Position numbers and translations under genes: made by a program
NCBI GenBank assembly: GCA_945877575.1
Contig: CAMDUE010000014.1
Span: forward strand, 5,375-69,374
Reading direction: 5' to 3'
Source: Chitinophaga pinensis
GTDB lineage: Bacteria; Bacteroidota; Bacteroidia; NS11-12g; UBA955
DNA length: 64,000 nucleotides
Notes under the pieces: generated by a model
Seen by the model: the letters and a program-made list of their open reading frames with translations, nothing else
What the model was told of the DNA's origin: nothing
The model's database searches: none
Shown: one piece after another, positions 59,475 through 64,000 of the stretch
How positions within the stretch are numbered: the first letter of the stretch is position 1
Layout of the letters: the number at the start of each line of letters is the position of its first letter

Positions 59475-59946
59475 AATTTGGTCAAATGACCAAATTGTCT
59501 CTAAAGTAAACGAAATCAAATCGCAAGGTAAATCCATCGTCTTTACCAACGGATGTTTCGACATTATTCATGCTGGCCATGTAAAATACCTTGCCGAAAC
59601 CGCTGAACTTGCTGACTTTCTTATTGTTGCTGTCAATTCTGACGAGTCCGTCAAGCGCATGGAAAAATCTCCTGCAAGGCCCCTCCAGAATGAATTTTCA
59701 CGCTCCCATGTCATGGCGTCTTTTGCATTTGTAGATGCTGTAATCATTTTCAACGAAGACACTCCCAAAGAAGTCATAGAAATCATCACCCCTAACATCC
59801 TAGTTAAAGGCGGCGACTACACCCTTGAAAATATTGTTGGAGCCCATTGGGTCATTCAAAACGGTGGGCAAGTAAAGACCATTGATTTCCTTCCCGGATA
59901 CTCTACCAGCGCCATTGAACAGAAAATTCTACTCTCGCATAAATGA
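59449..59946 (+). CDS. rfaE2: D-glycero-beta-D-manno-heptose 1-phosphate adenylyltransferase
   Basis: VFTNGCFDIIHAGH, NSDESV, FNEDTP, LVKGGDY, STS. Confidence 0.9.
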   Translation: MKNQNPASKIWSNDQIVSKVNEIKSQGKSIVFTNGCFDIIHAGHVKYLAETAELADFLIVAVNSDESVKRMEKSPARPLQNEFSRSHVMASFAFVDAVIIFNEDTPKEVIEIITPNILVKGGDYTLENIVGAHWVIQNGGQVKTIDFLPGYSTSAIEQKILLSHK

Positions 59947-61058
59947 CCGTTCTGCTCGGAATCATTCTTCTTTTACCCTACTTCTTTTTCTGGGGGATAG
60001 TTTTACGCTCAACCTCAAAAAAAGATCCATCCGAGCCTAACATTCACCACCTACCTGAAATCACGATTATTTGCTCTATCCGAAACGAGGAACTTTTACT
60101 TCCCCAGTTCTTAAATAAATTAATTTCTCTTGAAAATTCACAACCCAATTCATTGTATTTCATCCTAATTGATGACCAATCCACCGACCACACACCCATT
60201 TTATTGAGTAAATTCTTGCTTTCTATTAACTTCTCTGATCGAGTTACCCTACTCAAAACTTCCCCCGAAAACTCAGGAAAAAAACAAGCCTTAAATTTAG
60301 CATTTCGCGAAGCTAAAACCGAATGGGCTTATGTAACTGATGCCGATTGTTTGACCAGTTGGAAATCCATTAAATTCTTGATACAAGCTGCTAAAAGTCA
60401 ATCTAAAGCGGTGTTTGGACCCGTAATTTACACCTCAAAAAATACGTTTCTTCAGGTCTATCAAGTACTTGAAAATTCTGCTCTAATGATGTTGGGCAGC
60501 TTCCAATCTGCCAGAAAAAATAAAACCATGGGCAATGCCGCCAATATGTTGGTGCACGTCAACAGCTTCAATAAAATCAATCCTTTTAATTCAAATTTAC
60601 ACGTAGCTGGAGGTGATGATATTTTCTTAATTGAAGCATTTACCCTCTCGGGGCTGCAAGTTGAAACCGTATCAAATCCTGAAGCGTCTGTTTATACCCC
60701 AGTACTTGAAACTTGGCGAGAACTATGGCATCAGCGAATAAGATGGGCTCAGAAATCGCGCTTCCAGACCAAAAGAAATACGCAAAATTCGCAAATCTTA
60801 ATGGTTCTATTTTTTATTCTACTTTGGACAATCACCGTTCTATTTATCAACTTTGCCCATTATGTGGAGTTGGCAACGATGTGGGGAACAAAAATCATTT
60901 TTGATATCTATTTATTGGAAAAAATCAACAGATTTTACCATCAAAAATCCTCTATTGGATACAAAATGGCTTCATCGGTATTTCAAACTATCTTCATTCC
61001 TCTTATTGCCGTTGCTCAATTTTTTAGCAAGGTTCACTGGAAAGATCGCAGTTATTAG
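59943..61058 (+). CDS. GT2 family glycosyltransferase
   Basis: RNEE, DDQSTD, GKK.AL, TDADC, GGDD, QRIRW, WKDR end. Confidence 0.88.
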   Translation: MTVLLGIILLLPYFFFWGIVLRSTSKKDPSEPNIHHLPEITIICSIRNEELLLPQFLNKLISLENSQPNSLYFILIDDQSTDHTPILLSKFLLSINFSDRVTLLKTSPENSGKKQALNLAFREAKTEWAYVTDADCLTSWKSIKFLIQAAKSQSKAVFGPVIYTSKNTFLQVYQVLENSALMMLGSFQSARKNKTMGNAANMLVHVNSFNKINPFNSNLHVAGGDDIFLIEAFTLSGLQVETVSNPEASVYTPVLETWRELWHQRIRWAQKSRFQTKRNTQNSQILMVLFFILLWTITVLFINFAHYVELATMWGTKIIFDIYLLEKINRFYHQKSSIGYKMASSVFQTIFIPLIAVAQFFSKVHWKDRSY

Positions 61059-63438
61059 CCTGTTTTTCTCTTCTACCCATTCTTTGGGAGCCCAGTTCTT
61101 CGATTCAGTATCTAGCTCAAAATGGCCCAGTCCATATTCAGGAGACACCCAATTCTTTATAAGAAGCAATCAACTTATCATCTCAAATTTCAATCTCTCT
61201 GACAAGGGTGATTTTCAATTAAACATCAACACTCCTCTCCAGAACTCATCCCATTTTTACGTGAGATTTGATTTAGAACTCAAAATAAATACTTCCACTA
61301 CCAATTCTATCCGGTTCGGATTCATTGATACTTATGGCAATACTCAATTCCTAAAATTAGGAAACACCCAAGACCGGTGGGAAGCCTTCACTTCCAAATT
61401 GGCAACGCCATTGAATACTGGAATGAATCAAGAATTCGCGGCATCTTCATTCAACGGAAGCATTCAATTGAGGCTAAATTCAGATTCATTATTTGTGACT
61501 ACTTACCATTCCTCAACCCAACTTATCACCGAACTTAAAATGCCCTTGTATTTGGAAAACATTCAACAATTCTTCATCGGTATTCAACAATCTGGCAAAA
61601 CCGCCTTTCAATCACATCGTATTTCCAATATCACTATTGATACTCCCAAAAAGCAGAGATTTTCCCCCGTCAATATCAAGCAACTGAACCAAAACGAACT
61701 TAGTATTTCAGGCTCACATCTATTAAAATTCAACTCAGGATCAATAAAAATCAACCAAAAATATCGATCCCATTCTTTGAATCCCGACCTAAAATCATTG
61801 ACTATCCAAATAGGGAAATCAGACTCCTTTGATCTAAACATTCAATTGGATTCATTATTCACCATCTGGAATGAAGAATTAGAGCCGCTGTTAATGTTCA
61901 TTAAAATAAAACAGATCACCCCCATACAAAGAACTGATATTGTCATATCAGAAATCATGTCAGTGCCCCAGCCCTCCTTAAATCGCTTTCCAACAACAGA
62001 ATACATAGAGCTCTACAACAATTCAAATCATTACAAGAAAGCCAATGAAATAAGATTGATATACAACAACAAAGCGGTTGTAATTCCCGATAGCCTATTT
62101 CCACCCAATCAGCCTGTATTGCTGGTTCCTATGACTGAATTAAATACTTGGCGCATTTGGTCATTGAATAAATTTCAAACAACAAGCAACATTTGGGGTA
62201 TTCCAAACTTCCCCAATCTAATCAACGCTGAAGGTATACTGTTATTAAAATCCCAAAACGGACTGCTTCTAGATTCGGTCAATTACCAAGTCAGTATGCA
62301 CACTGAATTTGCTTTAAACGGAGGTTTTTCATACGAGGCCAATAATCTAAACCCTTTATCCAATAACAGCAAATGGAAAACTGCCTCTTACAACGGTGGA
62401 AGTCCAGCAGCAATCAATGGTACTTTCAACAAACTCTTTCCCGTAGAAATTGAGGAACACTATTTACTCAATGATAATTCCATCGCATTTAAATTAAATA
62501 TTCATCATCAATTGATTGAAGATGTTTCCATCAATTCAAAATCAATAAGCCTTAACAATAAGAATGCTTCCCAAAATGCCCACTTTGAAATAAACCCCCA
62601 AATTCCAAAACTAAACTCAACATTGACCTTCAACGAAATTTATGTGAAATCTGCTTCAAATACCGACTTCATTGAAATTTATAATCCCAATGAATATCCT
62701 GTACTCCTAGAGTATTTTGATTTATTGATATACGACAATGACCATTTCATCAAACAAATTATATCGCTAAAAAACGAAAAAAGGAAAGTAATTATGCCCT
62801 ATGAATATCTTGTACTGTGTGAGAATATTTATTCATTGATTCACCAATTCCATTTTGCCCATATTCCCTCACTAGTAAGTATTGATCACTTTCCAAACTT
62901 AATTCAAGAGGGAGCGCATTTGGCTTTGGTAAATCAAATAAATGGAATCACCGACGAATGCAGCTATGGACAAATAAAGCCCGTTAACCGAATCATTGAA
63001 AAAGATGCCTCCTTGGAAAAATCACATCCTCTTTTACTTTCAAACGACCCATATAATTGGTTAGACTGTGTTTCTGAACTAGGTAGCAGTCCCACAGCAT
63101 CCAATTCACTGATGTTGAATCAACAAATCCAAAATAGAAAATGGACAACCATTCTAAATAAGAGACTGTTAAAGAACCCTTATGAGTATTACACTATATC
63201 TGTAGAACTCAACATTCCTGAGTTAGGGTGCTTATTGAGCATCAACCTATATACAATTTGGGGGGAGAAAATAAGTTCTGTTTGTGATTATACTGCCATA
63301 CCCTCAAAAGGGGTGATTCAATGGCCGTTAATTGATTCCAATAAAGAATTATTGAAGGGAAATTATATTGTTACCTTTGAAATCCTAAACCCAAAAAAAG
63401 GCATCAAATCGGAACACCACAGAATCAGCCTCTTATAA
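61012..63438 (+). CDS. Divergent secreted lamin-tail-domain protein, possibly T9SS cargo
   Basis: Two LTD-like motifs (IVISEIM...EYIELYN; FNEIY...DFIEIYN) and a degenerate CTD-like end (INLYTIWGE...W...GNYIV). The start is uncertain; TTG 61012 yields a signal peptide ending LGA|Q. Confidence 0.6.
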   Translation: MLNFLARFTGKIAVISLFFSSTHSLGAQFFDSVSSSKWPSPYSGDTQFFIRSNQLIISNFNLSDKGDFQLNINTPLQNSSHFYVRFDLELKINTSTTNSIRFGFIDTYGNTQFLKLGNTQDRWEAFTSKLATPLNTGMNQEFAASSFNGSIQLRLNSDSLFVTTYHSSTQLITELKMPLYLENIQQFFIGIQQSGKTAFQSHRISNITIDTPKKQRFSPVNIKQLNQNELSISGSHLLKFNSGSIKINQKYRSHSLNPDLKSLTIQIGKSDSFDLNIQLDSLFTIWNEELEPLLMFIKIKQITPIQRTDIVISEIMSVPQPSLNRFPTTEYIELYNNSNHYKKANEIRLIYNNKAVVIPDSLFPPNQPVLLVPMTELNTWRIWSLNKFQTTSNIWGIPNFPNLINAEGILLLKSQNGLLLDSVNYQVSMHTEFALNGGFSYEANNLNPLSNNSKWKTASYNGGSPAAINGTFNKLFPVEIEEHYLLNDNSIAFKLNIHHQLIEDVSINSKSISLNNKNASQNAHFEINPQIPKLNSTLTFNEIYVKSASNTDFIEIYNPNEYPVLLEYFDLLIYDNDHFIKQIISLKNEKRKVIMPYEYLVLCENIYSLIHQFHFAHIPSLVSIDHFPNLIQEGAHLALVNQINGITDECSYGQIKPVNRIIEKDASLEKSHPLLLSNDPYNWLDCVSELGSSPTASNSLMLNQQIQNRKWTTILNKRLLKNPYEYYTISVELNIPELGCLLSINLYTIWGEKISSVCDYTAIPSKGVIQWPLIDSNKELLKGNYIVTFEILNPKKGIKSEHHRISLL

Positions 63439-63442
63439 TTTC

Positions 63443-64000
63443 ATGCAAATTCACCATTTTTCACGTCACCTTTTATTACAAGAACTATCTAATATTTGTT
63501 CCAAAGATGAAATTACAAGCGTTTCACTGTGGTTTGAAGAGGCAATTCAAAATGGAATTACCCCTGACAAACTTGAAAATCACTTGAAACGCTTAAAGGA
63601 AGGAGAACCTGTTCAACTCGTTTTTGGATACACGTACTTTTACAAAAACAAGTTCCGAGTAAATTCCCATACCTTGATTCCAAGGCCGGAGACCGAAGAA
63701 CTCGTAGATTTAATCTTAAAACAATTCCCCGTAAATAACGCTCAAAATACGAATCTAAAGATACTTGACATTGGAACCGGCAGTGGTTGCATTGCTTTGA
63801 GCCTCATTAAGGAACGTCCAACATGGAGGGCTACAGGAATTGATATAAGCTCTGAGGCCTTAGAAATTGCCAATCAAAATGCTCTTGATTTAGATGTATT
63901 AGATAGGTTTAAATCTAAGGAGTTAGACTTTTTAAAAGACGATATCAACTTTTCAGAATTTGACATCATTATTTCAAATCCGCCCTACATCCCAATGATC
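63443..64000 (+). CDS. prmC: Release-factor glutamine methyltransferase; partial, runs off the right edge
   Basis: Not in the ORF track. My translation gives GEPVQL..G, TLIPRPETEELV, ILDIGTGSGCIA and ISNPPYI. Confidence 0.93.
   Translation, partial: MQIHHFSRHLLLQELSNICSKDEITSVSLWFEEAIQNGITPDKLENHLKRLKEGEPVQLVFGYTYFYKNKFRVNSHTLIPRPETEELVDLILKQFPVNNAQNTNLKILDIGTGSGCIALSLIKERPTWRATGIDISSEALEIANQNALDLDVLDRFKSKELDFLKDDINFSEFDIIISNPPYIPMI

Overview
Gene-dense chromosomal window from a free-living Bacteroidota bacterium. The assignment rests on TAnnTT(T/C)G -7 promoter boxes, T9SS C-terminal domains, a PorV-like barrel and signal peptides cleaved before Gln. It holds about 53 CDS, two of which run off the edges and are missing from the ORF track: a >1350-aa PKD surface protein at the left and prmC at the right. 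Most genes are housekeeping (holB, greA, accC, groES/EL, def, purE, efp, iscS, queD, recR, panD and others). I saw no tRNA, rRNA, CRISPR array or mobile element. Most notable: (1) a Cys-rich, PPPP-ending leader ORF whose last codons can pair with the translation start region of an mbnP-mbnH-barrel operon, a candidate metal-sensing ribosome-arrest switch; (2) a TonB-type barrel + variant T9SS cargo + PorV paralogue operon; (3) an ECF anti-sigma ending in a T9SS type-B sorting domain; (4) an EF-P with Asn in place of the modifiable Lys, next to agmatinase; (5) an EreA-fold enzyme/pseudo-enzyme pair fused to beta-barrels; (6) about 390 bp of heptamer repeats with G-quadruplex potential; (7) many apparently leaderless genes, a palindromic bidirectional promoter and a candidate greA attenuator. 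All family calls come from motif recognition by eye, not database searches.
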